This document shows, one piece after another, positions 9,876-19,086 of a DNA stretch of 64,000 bases. The stretch is taken from contig OY970399.1 in NCBI GenBank assembly GCA_963720545.1, positions 2,752,001 through 2,816,000 on the forward strand. The letters are read 5' to 3'. Source of the stretch: an uncultured Acidobacteriota bacterium (GTDB lineage: Bacteria; Acidobacteriota; Vicinamibacteria; Fen-336). The position numbers were made by a program, and so were the translations under genes. Below the pieces are notes generated by a model. It did not search any database. It was not told where the DNA came from and saw nothing but the letters and a program-made list of their open reading frames with translations. The first letter of the stretch is position 1. The number at the start of each line of letters is the position of its first letter.

Positions 9876-10333
9876 GTGTCGCCGTCGTTTTGATCTCCCT
9901 CCTCACCCTCTCGCTGCCGGCGGCTGACGACACAGCGCTCGCTCCTTCCATCCTTGCACCCGCCGACATCCAGTGGCGTCCCGGCCCCGGCACCATCCCG
10001 GTCGGCACGCAGTTCGCAGTCATCCAGGGCGACCCGACCAGGCCCGGACCCTTCGCCATCCGCCTGCGTTTTCCCGCCGGTTATCGCATCCCGCCGCACA
10101 GCCATCCGGTGCCGGAGTTCCTCACGGTGCTCTCCGGCTCCATGCACCGCGGCGTGGGTGACTCCTTCGACGAGTCGAAGGGCCAGCTCGTGCCGACCGG
10201 CGGGTTCGCGGTCACGCCGGCCGGCGTCAACCACTTCGTCTGGACCACCGAGGAAACGGTCGTGCAGGTGCACGGCTTCGCCCCCGGCGGCGTCACCTAC
10301 GTGAACCCTGCCGACGACCCGAGAAAGAAGTAG
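9872..10333 (+). CDS. Secreted cupin-domain protein (DUF4437-like)
   Basis: Signal peptide; GDP..PGPFAIRLRFPAGYRIPPHSHP..E..TVLSG; ATGA overlap with lysW stop. Confidence 0.85.
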   Translation: MSVAVVLISLLTLSLPAADDTALAPSILAPADIQWRPGPGTIPVGTQFAVIQGDPTRPGPFAIRLRFPAGYRIPPHSHPVPEFLTVLSGSMHRGVGDSFDESKGQLVPTGGFAVTPAGVNHFVWTTEETVVQVHGFAPGGVTYVNPADDPRKK

Positions 10334-10337
10334 AGAA

Positions 10338-10781
10338 ATGCGCCTCGCCCTTTCGTTGCTCCTCGCCGCATCCGCCTTGCTCGCTCCCGCGCCGCCCGCC
10401 GCCGCCCAGGCGCCGCCGGCAGCGAAGGCGTTCGTCATCGAGTACTACTACAAGGCGAAGTGGGGCCAGCTCGACGAGTTCCTGCGTCTCTTCAGGAAGA
10501 ACCACCTGCCGGTGCTGATGGAAGAGAAGAAGCTCGGCCGCATCGTCGACGTCGCGCTCGTGAAGCCCGTCTACCACGGCACGGAAGACGGCCGCTGGGA
10601 CTTCCGCGTCACCATCACCTGGCGCGACGCCGCCACCGCCCACGACGCGTTCGACACCACGCCGATCCTGACGAAGCTCTATCCCGACCAGGATGCGTTC
10701 CGCAAGGAAGAGCAGCACCGCTTCGAGCTGCTCGACGCCCACTGGGACCTGCCGATCGCGACGGTGCCGCTCGAGAAGTGA
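10338..10781 (+). CDS. Exported hypothetical protein (NIPSNAP/dimeric alpha-beta barrel-like)
   Basis: Signal peptide; EYYYKAKWG..DEFL.LF.KNH.P pattern; coding-like codon usage. Confidence 0.7.
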   Translation: MRLALSLLLAASALLAPAPPAAAQAPPAAKAFVIEYYYKAKWGQLDEFLRLFRKNHLPVLMEEKKLGRIVDVALVKPVYHGTEDGRWDFRVTITWRDAATAHDAFDTTPILTKLYPDQDAFRKEEQHRFELLDAHWDLPIATVPLEK

Positions 10782-10782
10782 T

Positions 10783-11445
10783 CTAGGCACCGCAGGAGCG
10801 AGGGGCAGTTGAGCCGGGGTACGGGCGCGCCGTCCGGAACGAGTCAAATTGAGTCGTAAGACGCAACAGTTCGCGGTGCAGGCTTTCTTCGCCGGCGAGT
10901 TCGGGGTGGAAGGTGCCGGCCAGGATGCGGCCTTGGCGGATCAGCACCGGTTCGCCGTCGCGGGTGGCGAGCACCTCGACGCCCGGGCCGGTCGCGACGA
11001 TGCGGGGAGCGCGGATGAAGACGCCGCGTACGGTGCCGCCCAGGGTGGGTGCCGTGACCGCGCCCTCGAACGATTCGCGCTGGCGGCCGTAGGCGTTGCG
11101 TTCCACCACGGCGTCGATCAAGCCGAGAGAGGGCTGGTGCGGGCCGCGCGCTTCGCGCGCCAGCAGGATGGCGCCGGCGCAGGTGCCGAGGATCGCGCCG
11201 CCGCGCGCGGCGAAGCCGCCGAGCGCCTCGAACCAGGGCTCGGCGGCCATCAGCTTCAGCAGCGCCGAGCTTTCGCCGCCGGGGATCACCAGGGCATCGA
11301 GGCCGTCCAGGTGCGACACGCGCCGCACCTCACGCACTTCCGCGCCGAGTGCCTTGAGCATCGCCGCGTGTGCGGCGAAGTCGCCCTGCAGAGCCAGCAC
11401 GCCCACCTGGCGGCGGCGGACTGCGGCGAGCGGCTGTGCGGCCAT
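10783..11445 (-). CDS. pdxT: PLP synthase glutaminase subunit PdxT
   Basis: GVLALQGDF, IPGGES, GTCAGAILL, RNAYGRQ.ESF, VFIRAP, FHPEL. Confidence 0.96.
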   Translation of the reverse strand: MAAQPLAAVRRRQVGVLALQGDFAAHAAMLKALGAEVREVRRVSHLDGLDALVIPGGESSALLKLMAAEPWFEALGGFAARGGAILGTCAGAILLAREARGPHQPSLGLIDAVVERNAYGRQRESFEGAVTAPTLGGTVRGVFIRAPRIVATGPGVEVLATRDGEPVLIRQGRILAGTFHPELAGEESLHRELLRLTTQFDSFRTARPYPGSTAPRSCGA

Positions 11446-11456
11446 TGCTGTAGCCG

Positions 11457-12349
11457 TTACCAGCCGCGGCCCTGCAGCTTCTCGGCGGCCGGGATCGACG
11501 CGGCGTCGAGCCCCTTCATCGCGCCGCGCAGGCCGCGCGACGTCTCGGCGACGATCGCCGCGTCGCGGTAGTGGGTGGTGGCGCGCACGATGGCCTTGGC
11601 GCGCGCGGCAGGATCGTCCGACTTGAAGATGCCGGAGCCGACGAACACCGCCTCCGCGCCGAGCGCCATCATGAGCGCCGCATCGGCCGGCGTCGCGATG
11701 CCGCCGGCCGCGAAATTCGGCACCGGCAGCCGGCCGCCGTCTTTCGCCACCTTGCGCACCAGCTCGTAGGGCGCGCCGAGGTTCTTGGCCTCGGTCATCA
11801 GCTCTTCGTCGCCGAGGATGGTCAGCCGCTTCAGGCCGGTGGTCACGGCGCGCATGTGGCGCACCGCCTCCACCACGTTGCCGGTGCCGGCCTCGCCCTT
11901 GGTGCGGATCATCGCGGCGCCCTCGCCGATGCGCCGCAGCGCCTCGCCGAGGTTGCGGCAGCCGCAGACGAACGGCACGCTGAACGCGTGCTTGTCCACG
12001 TGGTACTCGTCGTCGGCCGGCGTCAGCACCTCGCTCTCGTCGATGAAGTCGACGCCGAGCGACTCGAGCATGCGCGCCTCGGCGAAGTGGCCGATGCGGC
12101 ACTTGGCCATCACCGGCATCGACACCGCTTCCATGATCGCCTCGATGATCGTCGGGTCGGCCATGCGCGCGACACCGCCGTCGCGGCGGATGTCGGCCGG
12201 CACGCGCTCCAGCGCCATCACCGCCACCGCGCCGGCGTCCTCGGCGATGCGCGCCTGCGACGCGTCGGTCACGTCCATGATCACGCCGCCCTTCAGCATC
12301 TCGGCGAGGCCGGTCTTGAGCCGCAGTGTTCCTGTCACGTCGTTGGTCG

Positions 12350-12353
<4 letters not shown>
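11457..12353 (-). CDS. pdxS: PLP synthase subunit PdxS
   Basis: [49 protein letters not shown]. Confidence 0.98.
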
Positions 12354-13795
<1,442 letters not shown>

Positions 13796-13801
13796 AGGGA
13801 G

Positions 13802-13842
13802 ACTATAGGATTGACACAATATAGGTGCAATACCTATATTGT
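13802..13842. promoter_or_regulatory. Overlapping divergent sigma70-type promoters with palindromic operator
   Basis: + strand TTGACA(13811-16)-N18-TATATT(13835-40); - strand TTGCAC(13830-25)-N17-TATAGT(13807-02); perfect inverted repeat ACAATATAGGT-N5-ACCTATATTGT at 13816-13842. Confidence 0.75.
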
Positions 13843-13846
13843 CACC

Positions 13847-15247
13847 ATGACAACGTGGGCACCGGATTTGAGCGATCGGAGCGGTCCGCGGTACCTGGCG
13901 ATCGCCGACGCGCTCGGTTCGGATGCCGCGTCGGGCCGGCTCAAGCCCGGAACCCGCCTGCCCACGCACCGCGACCTCGCCGACAAGCTCGGTGTCACGG
14001 TCGGTACCATCACCCGGGCTTACGGCGAAGCGCAGCGCCGCGGCCTCGTCTCGGGGGAGGTCGGGCGCGGCACCTTCGTTCGCCACCTCGCCGCGAGCCC
14101 CGACCTGCCGCTTGGCTCCTTCGAGCCGGGCGTCATCGACCTCACGGTGAACTACCCGCCGCCCGACCCCGACGAGGAACGCGCCCCCGACCTCGCGAAG
14201 ACGCTCGAGCAACTGTCACGGCGCCGCGACCTCGGCACGCTGCTACGCTATCCGCCCGAAGGCGGCGCCGCGCACCACCGCGCCGCCGGGGCCGCGTGGA
14301 TTCGCCGCGGCGGGCTCGACGCCGATCCCGACAACGTCATCGTTTCTTCGGGCGGCCAGCACGGCATGACCGCGGTGTTCGGCGGCATGCTGCGTCCGGG
14401 CGACACCATTGCCACCGAAGCGCTCACCTATCCCGGCCTGAAGGCGCTCGCGAACCTGATGCACCTGCGGCTGACCGGGGTGGCGATGGACGCCGGCGGC
14501 ATGCTGCCCGAGGCTTTCGCCGCGGCCTGCAAGGCCGGCGGCGGCAGCATCAAGGCGCTCTACACCGTGCCGACACTGCACAACCCGACCAGCGCGGTGC
14601 TGAGCGAGGAACGCCGCCGTGCGCTTGCCGCGATCGCGCGCGAGCACGAGGTGCTGATCGTCGAGGACGACGTCCACGGCCGCCTCATCGAGGGCGGACC
14701 GCGGCCGCTCGCCGCGCTGGCGCCGGAGCGCAGCGTCTACCTCACCGGCATCGCCAAGACCGTGGCGCCCGGGCTGCGCGTCGGGTTCGTGCACGCGGCG
14801 CGCCCCATCCTGCCGCGCATCGCGCGCGCCATCCGTGCGACGACCTGGATGGCCGCGCCGCTGATGGCCGAGATCGCGGCGCAATGGATCGACAACGGCA
14901 TCGCCGAAGAGTGGCTGCGCCGTCATCGCGCCGAAGCGGCGGCCCGCCAGAGGATCGCCGCTCGGGTGTTCCGCGGCCTGAGCGCCGACAGCCACCCGGC
15001 GTCCTACTACACCTGGCTGCATCTCCCGGACGGCTGGCGCGCCGAGACCTTCACCGCCGCGGCGCGGCGGCTCGGAATCGGCGTGATTCCGGCTTCCGTC
15101 TTCCAGGTGGGCAGGGGCGGCGGGGAAGCGGTGCGCATCTGTCTTGGTCCGGCGAAAGACCACGAGGAACTGCAAACGGCACTCGCTGCGCTCGCCGACC
15201 TGGCGAGCCACGGCGAGCCCTCGCTGAGCTTCGCGCCGGGACCCTGA
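13847..15247 (+). CDS. MocR/GabR-family regulator (GntR wHTH + PLP aminotransferase domain)
   Basis: RLPTHRDLADKLGVTVGTITRAY...GRGTFV; PTLHNPT, IVEDDV, AKTVAPGLRVG. Confidence 0.95.
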   Translation: MTTWAPDLSDRSGPRYLAIADALGSDAASGRLKPGTRLPTHRDLADKLGVTVGTITRAYGEAQRRGLVSGEVGRGTFVRHLAASPDLPLGSFEPGVIDLTVNYPPPDPDEERAPDLAKTLEQLSRRRDLGTLLRYPPEGGAAHHRAAGAAWIRRGGLDADPDNVIVSSGGQHGMTAVFGGMLRPGDTIATEALTYPGLKALANLMHLRLTGVAMDAGGMLPEAFAAACKAGGGSIKALYTVPTLHNPTSAVLSEERRRALAAIAREHEVLIVEDDVHGRLIEGGPRPLAALAPERSVYLTGIAKTVAPGLRVGFVHAARPILPRIARAIRATTWMAAPLMAEIAAQWIDNGIAEEWLRRHRAEAAARQRIAARVFRGLSADSHPASYYTWLHLPDGWRAETFTAAARRLGIGVIPASVFQVGRGGGEAVRICLGPAKDHEELQTALAALADLASHGEPSLSFAPGP

Positions 15248-15324
15248 AACCGGGGCGAATCGCAGGAAACCGTTGTGGGCGTGCGGCTTGTGTGGAGTAA
15301 CATCGGTCACTGGAGGCCGCAGCC

Positions 15325-15486
15325 ATGTTTGGTAGCTTAGGTTTCACAGAACTCCTCGTCATTCTGGCCATCATCATCCTGATATTCGGAACGAGCCGTA
15401 TCCCGGAGCTCGGCAAGGGCCTGGGAGAGGGCATCAAGAATTTCAAGAAGTCGATCAAGGGCGACGAAGACGAGAAGAAGGGGTGA
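15325..15486 (+). CDS. tatA: Twin-arginine translocase TatA (53 aa; absent from ORF track)
   Basis: [50 protein letters not shown] upstream. Confidence 0.95.
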   Translation: MFGSLGFTELLVILAIIILIFGTSRIPELGKGLGEGIKNFKKSIKGDEDEKKG

Positions 15487-15491
15487 GATTG

Positions 15492-16055
15492 ATGAAGAAG
15501 CTGGCGCTGGCCGTTGCGGTTTCCCTCGCGCTGCCTTTTGCAGCGTGCCACAAAGAAAAGCCCGTGGTGCAGGCGCCTGCGCCGCCCGAAACCGAGACCA
15601 CGCCTGAGGCTCCGCCGCCCGCGCCGGTGGCCGAGAGCCCCATCGTCAACACCGTGCCCGACGAGTACGCGCGCATCAAGGACATGTCGCTCGACGAGAT
15701 CAACCGCAACCTCGTGCCGACGCTGTTCCCCGACGTGCACTTCGACTACGACCGCGCCGAGGTGAAAGACCAGGACCGCGCCATCCTGCAGCAGAGCGCC
15801 GCGAACCTGAAGAAGTTCGACTTCCTCAAGATCACGCTCGAGGGCCATGCCGACGAACGCGGCACCGCCGAGTACAACCTCGCCCTCTCCGAGCGCCGCT
15901 CGCGCTCGGTGTTCGAGTACCTGGTGTCGCTTGGCATCGACGGCAGCCGCCTCAAGACCGTCGGCTACGGCAAGGAAATCCCGCTGTGCGCCGACGGCAC
16001 CGAAGAGTGCCATGCGCGCAACCGCCGCGGCCATTTCGCGGTGACCGGCAAGTAA
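15492..16055 (+). CDS. pal: OmpA-domain peptidoglycan-associated lipoprotein (Pal-like)
   Basis: Lipobox FAAC; VHFDYD, LEGHADERGTAEYNLALSERR, GYGKE, NRR. Confidence 0.9.
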   Translation: MKKLALAVAVSLALPFAACHKEKPVVQAPAPPETETTPEAPPPAPVAESPIVNTVPDEYARIKDMSLDEINRNLVPTLFPDVHFDYDRAEVKDQDRAILQQSAANLKKFDFLKITLEGHADERGTAEYNLALSERRSRSVFEYLVSLGIDGSRLKTVGYGKEIPLCADGTEECHARNRRGHFAVTGK

Positions 16056-16086
16056 CCCCCGAAGCCAGCGCAAGCCGGCCGCAAGG

Positions 16087-16125
16087 AGCCCGGGAACAGC
16101 CAGCACGGCTGTCCCGGGCTTTTTT
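16087..16125 (+). terminator. Intrinsic terminator after tatA-pal
   Basis: AGCCCGGG-A-ACAGCC-agcac-GGCTGT-CCCGGGCT followed by TTTTT. Confidence 0.85.
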
Positions 16126-16158
16126 CTCTGGTACCCTTCTCTCCCCAAGGGGGCACAA

Positions 16159-16935
16159 GTGGACAGCTTGAACGCGCTTTTCCGGTGGCTGCACATCTTC
16201 GCCGGCATCATCTGGATCGGCATGCTGTACTTCTTCAACTTCGTCAACGGTCCGTTCGCCGCGACCATGGACGGCGAGACGAAGAAGAAGGTGGTCCCTG
16301 AGCTCATGCCGCGGGCGCTCTGGTGGTTCCGCATGGGCGCCGCGTGGACCTGGTTCACCGGGCTCTTCCTGCTGCTGCTCGTCTTCTACCACGGCCAGTT
16401 GATGTTCGATGGCGACAAGGGCTGGGGCGTCGAGGCGATCGTGATGGTGGCACTCGTGTTCGTCGCGCCGTTCCTCTACGACGCGCTGCACAAGAGCCCG
16501 CTCGGCAGGAACGCGCGCAACTTCGGCATCGTCTGCTTCGTGCTCGTCGGTGTCGTCTTGTGGCTGATGCAGGCGTGGGCCGGCTTCGGCTATCGCGCGG
16601 CGACCATTCACATCGCCGGCCTGTTCGGCACGGTGATGGCCTTCAACGTCTGGTTCCGCATCTGGCCGGCACAGCAAAAGATCATCACCGCGGTGAAGCA
16701 GGGCGTCGCCCCCGACGCCGCCCTGGCCGCGGTCGCTACTGCCCGCTCGCGACACAACGTCTACATGTCGGTGCCGCTCGTCTGGGGAATGATCAACCAG
16801 CACACCGTGACCGTGCCCTCGGCGATCGGCCTGCCGGACGGGCTCAGCTCGATGCTGTTCCTCGTCATCACCGCGCTCGGCTGGCACATCGTCTGGCAGT
16901 TGTACCGCCGCGCCGGCAAGGTCAAGGGGTTCTAG
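16159..16935 (+). CDS. Urate hydroxylase PuuD-like membrane protein (N-terminal domain only)
   Basis: RWLHIFAGIIWIG..YFFNF, MAFNVWFRIWPAQ, RSRHNVYMSVP, MINQH. Confidence 0.8.
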   Translation: MDSLNALFRWLHIFAGIIWIGMLYFFNFVNGPFAATMDGETKKKVVPELMPRALWWFRMGAAWTWFTGLFLLLLVFYHGQLMFDGDKGWGVEAIVMVALVFVAPFLYDALHKSPLGRNARNFGIVCFVLVGVVLWLMQAWAGFGYRAATIHIAGLFGTVMAFNVWFRIWPAQQKIITAVKQGVAPDAALAAVATARSRHNVYMSVPLVWGMINQHTVTVPSAIGLPDGLSSMLFLVITALGWHIVWQLYRRAGKVKGF

Positions 16936-16994
16936 CCCTGGTGTAACGGACGTTCTTGACAGACCCCGCAGCCACGACCTATTGTGTTCCTCGG

Positions 16995-17558
16995 ATGCAG
17001 GGCCGCAAGGACTACTACCAGGTGCTCGGCGTGCGGCGCAATGCGACCACCCGGGCCATCAAGAACGCGTTCCTGAAACTCGCCCGCCAGATGGAGGGCG
17101 AGGACCGGGCGCTCGACCGGCTCGCCGACCTCACGGCCGCGTACGAAACGCTGAGCGACCACGAACAGCGGCGCCGCTACGACGAAACCCTGCGGGTGGT
17201 CGATCCCGGCACCGGGGTTTCCTGGAGCTTCCTCAAGAACACCGACGGCCGCGAGCTGAAGCGGCCGGTGGAGCCGGGCTCGCTCTCGGCCGAGGTGTTC
17301 CTGACGGCGGCCGAGGCGCGCTCGGGCGGGATCGTCACGCTCGAAATACCGGTGCCCACCACCTGCTCGGAATGCTACGGCACGGGCGGCGCCGCGCTCA
17401 ATTGCTTCTCCTGCGACGGCGAGGGTGTCACCCACCACCGCATGCCGGTGCCGCTGCGCGTTCCCGCGGGTGCTCGCACCGGGATGGTGTTCCAGGTACA
17501 CCTCGACGATCCGCTGGTCTCGACGCTCTTCCTCACCGTCCACACGCGCTTCGTCTAG
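16995..17558 (+). CDS. Short DnaJ-like protein (J-like domain without HPD, single Zn finger)
   Basis: KDYYQVLGV...IKNAF.KLA...AYETLSD...RRRYD; CSECYGTG and CFSCDGEG. Confidence 0.8.
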   Translation: MQGRKDYYQVLGVRRNATTRAIKNAFLKLARQMEGEDRALDRLADLTAAYETLSDHEQRRRYDETLRVVDPGTGVSWSFLKNTDGRELKRPVEPGSLSAEVFLTAAEARSGGIVTLEIPVPTTCSECYGTGGAALNCFSCDGEGVTHHRMPVPLRVPAGARTGMVFQVHLDDPLVSTLFLTVHTRFV

Positions 17559-17574
17559 CCGCGCGCCAGGGCTC

Positions 17575-18432
17575 TTACTGGCCGTCGATGCGGATCGAGC
17601 CGTCGTTCGTCTCGAGGCTCACGAGCGGGCCGCCGCCGTTCAGCTTGCCGCGCAGCGAATGGCCATCGTCGGCCCGGCGCTCGATCGTCAGGTCGAGGTT
17701 GCTCGAGACCCGGCCGTCGTCCGAACGCGCCATCAGGTCGGCCGCGAGGCCCCTGGGAAGGCCGAGCCGGATGGAGCCGTCCTGCGTGCGCAGGTTCCAG
17801 GGAGTCGCGACCTTCGAGCCGGTGCGCGCATCCACCTGGATGGAGCCGTCGGCGCTGGTGGCGTCGAGCCGGTCGAAGCGGCCGTTGATGGTGACACTGC
17901 CGTCCGCGGTCCTCGCGTCCACGTTGCCGCCAAGGTCGCTCATCCTTATCGAGCCGTCGGCCGTGTGCAGCCGGACGTCGCCGGTGAGGTCGGCGCCGCG
18001 CAGCGAGCCGTCGGCGCTCTCGATGTCGAGCTTGCCGCTCAGCGCCTCGGCGTCCACGGAACCGTCGGCGGTGCGCAGGGTGAGCGCCACCTTGCGCGGC
18101 ACCTGCAGCTCGACCTTGACCTGGCGGCGGCTGTTCCAGTTCCACCCCGACCAGGTGTGCTTCGGGAACACCACCTGGATGTCGACGCCGTCAGCGAGCT
18201 TGCGGTCGACGATCTGGATGGAGTCGCTGCCGCTGCCGCCGATGGTGTAGCCGACGGTGTGCACCTGCGCCGAGATCTCGTTGCGGTCCCAGCCGCGGAT
18301 GGTGATGCTGCCGTCGTCGGTGCTGACCCTGACGGTGCCGCCGGGCGTGCCGGGGTAGGTCTGCTGCCACTCGTCCGCCGCGGCGGCTGAAGCCAGGAGA
18401 GCGGTGAGCAGGAAGGCGGTCGGGATTCTCAT
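17575..18432 (-). CDS. Exported DUF4097-family beta-strand repeat protein
   Basis: Signal peptide; repeated T/S-x-DGS-I/V units. Confidence 0.85.
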   Translation of the reverse strand: MRIPTAFLLTALLASAAAADEWQQTYPGTPGGTVRVSTDDGSITIRGWDRNEISAQVHTVGYTIGGSGSDSIQIVDRKLADGVDIQVVFPKHTWSGWNWNSRRQVKVELQVPRKVALTLRTADGSVDAEALSGKLDIESADGSLRGADLTGDVRLHTADGSIRMSDLGGNVDARTADGSVTINGRFDRLDATSADGSIQVDARTGSKVATPWNLRTQDGSIRLGLPRGLAADLMARSDDGRVSSNLDLTIERRADDGHSLRGKLNGGGPLVSLETNDGSIRIDGQ

Positions 18433-18495
18433 GCCCTCTACGACGCTGCCCGCGGCCCGGGGGTTCAAAAAGAAGCGGCTTATAATCGCCCGACC

Positions 18496-19086
18496 TTGAA
18501 CGAAAAGGACATAGCCCGCGCCGTCGCCGACAGCCTGGCCCTGAAGCAGCGCTTTTTCGAGAGAAACGCCGGCCCCCTGGTGCGGGCGGGCGAGGCGATG
18601 GCAGCTTCGCTCCAGCGCGGGGGCCGGATCCTCACTTTCGGCAACGGCGGCTCGGCGGCCGACGCCCAGCACCTGGCGGGTGAGCTGGTCGGCCGGTTCC
18701 TCAAGGACCGCAAGGGGCTCGCCGCCCTGTCGCTCACCACCGACGCTTCGGTGACGACCGCCATCGCCAACGACTTCGGCTACGAGCGGGTGTTCGCACG
18801 GCAGGTGGAGGCGCAGGGCCGCGCCGGCGACGTTGCCGTCGGCATCTCCACCTCCGGCAACTCGCCGAGCGTCGTCACCGCGTTTCGCGCCGCCCGCGAA
18901 CTGGGCGTCATCACGGTCGGCCTCACCGGCCGCGGCGGCGGCGCGCTGCGCGAGCTTTCCGACCACCTCCTCGACGTCGAGCACGCCGAGACGCCGCGCA
19001 TCCAGGAGGTGCACACGATGGTGGTCCACTTCCTCTGCGAGATCATCGAGAGCCGCTGCGCCGGCGCCGGGAAAGCCGGGGCTTGA
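18496..19086 (+). CDS. gmhA: Phosphoheptose isomerase
   Basis: GNGGSAADAQH, AIANDFGYE.VFARQ, ISTSGNS, RIQEVH. Confidence 0.96.
   Translation: MNEKDIARAVADSLALKQRFFERNAGPLVRAGEAMAASLQRGGRILTFGNGGSAADAQHLAGELVGRFLKDRKGLAALSLTTDASVTTAIANDFGYERVFARQVEAQGRAGDVAVGISTSGNSPSVVTAFRAARELGVITVGLTGRGGGALRELSDHLLDVEHAETPRIQEVHTMVVHFLCEIIESRCAGAGKAGA

Noticed and set aside
16056..16130. SRP RNA or other ncRNA after pal
   Set aside because: It lacks the SRP helix 8 consensus; a hairpin with a T run fits a terminator
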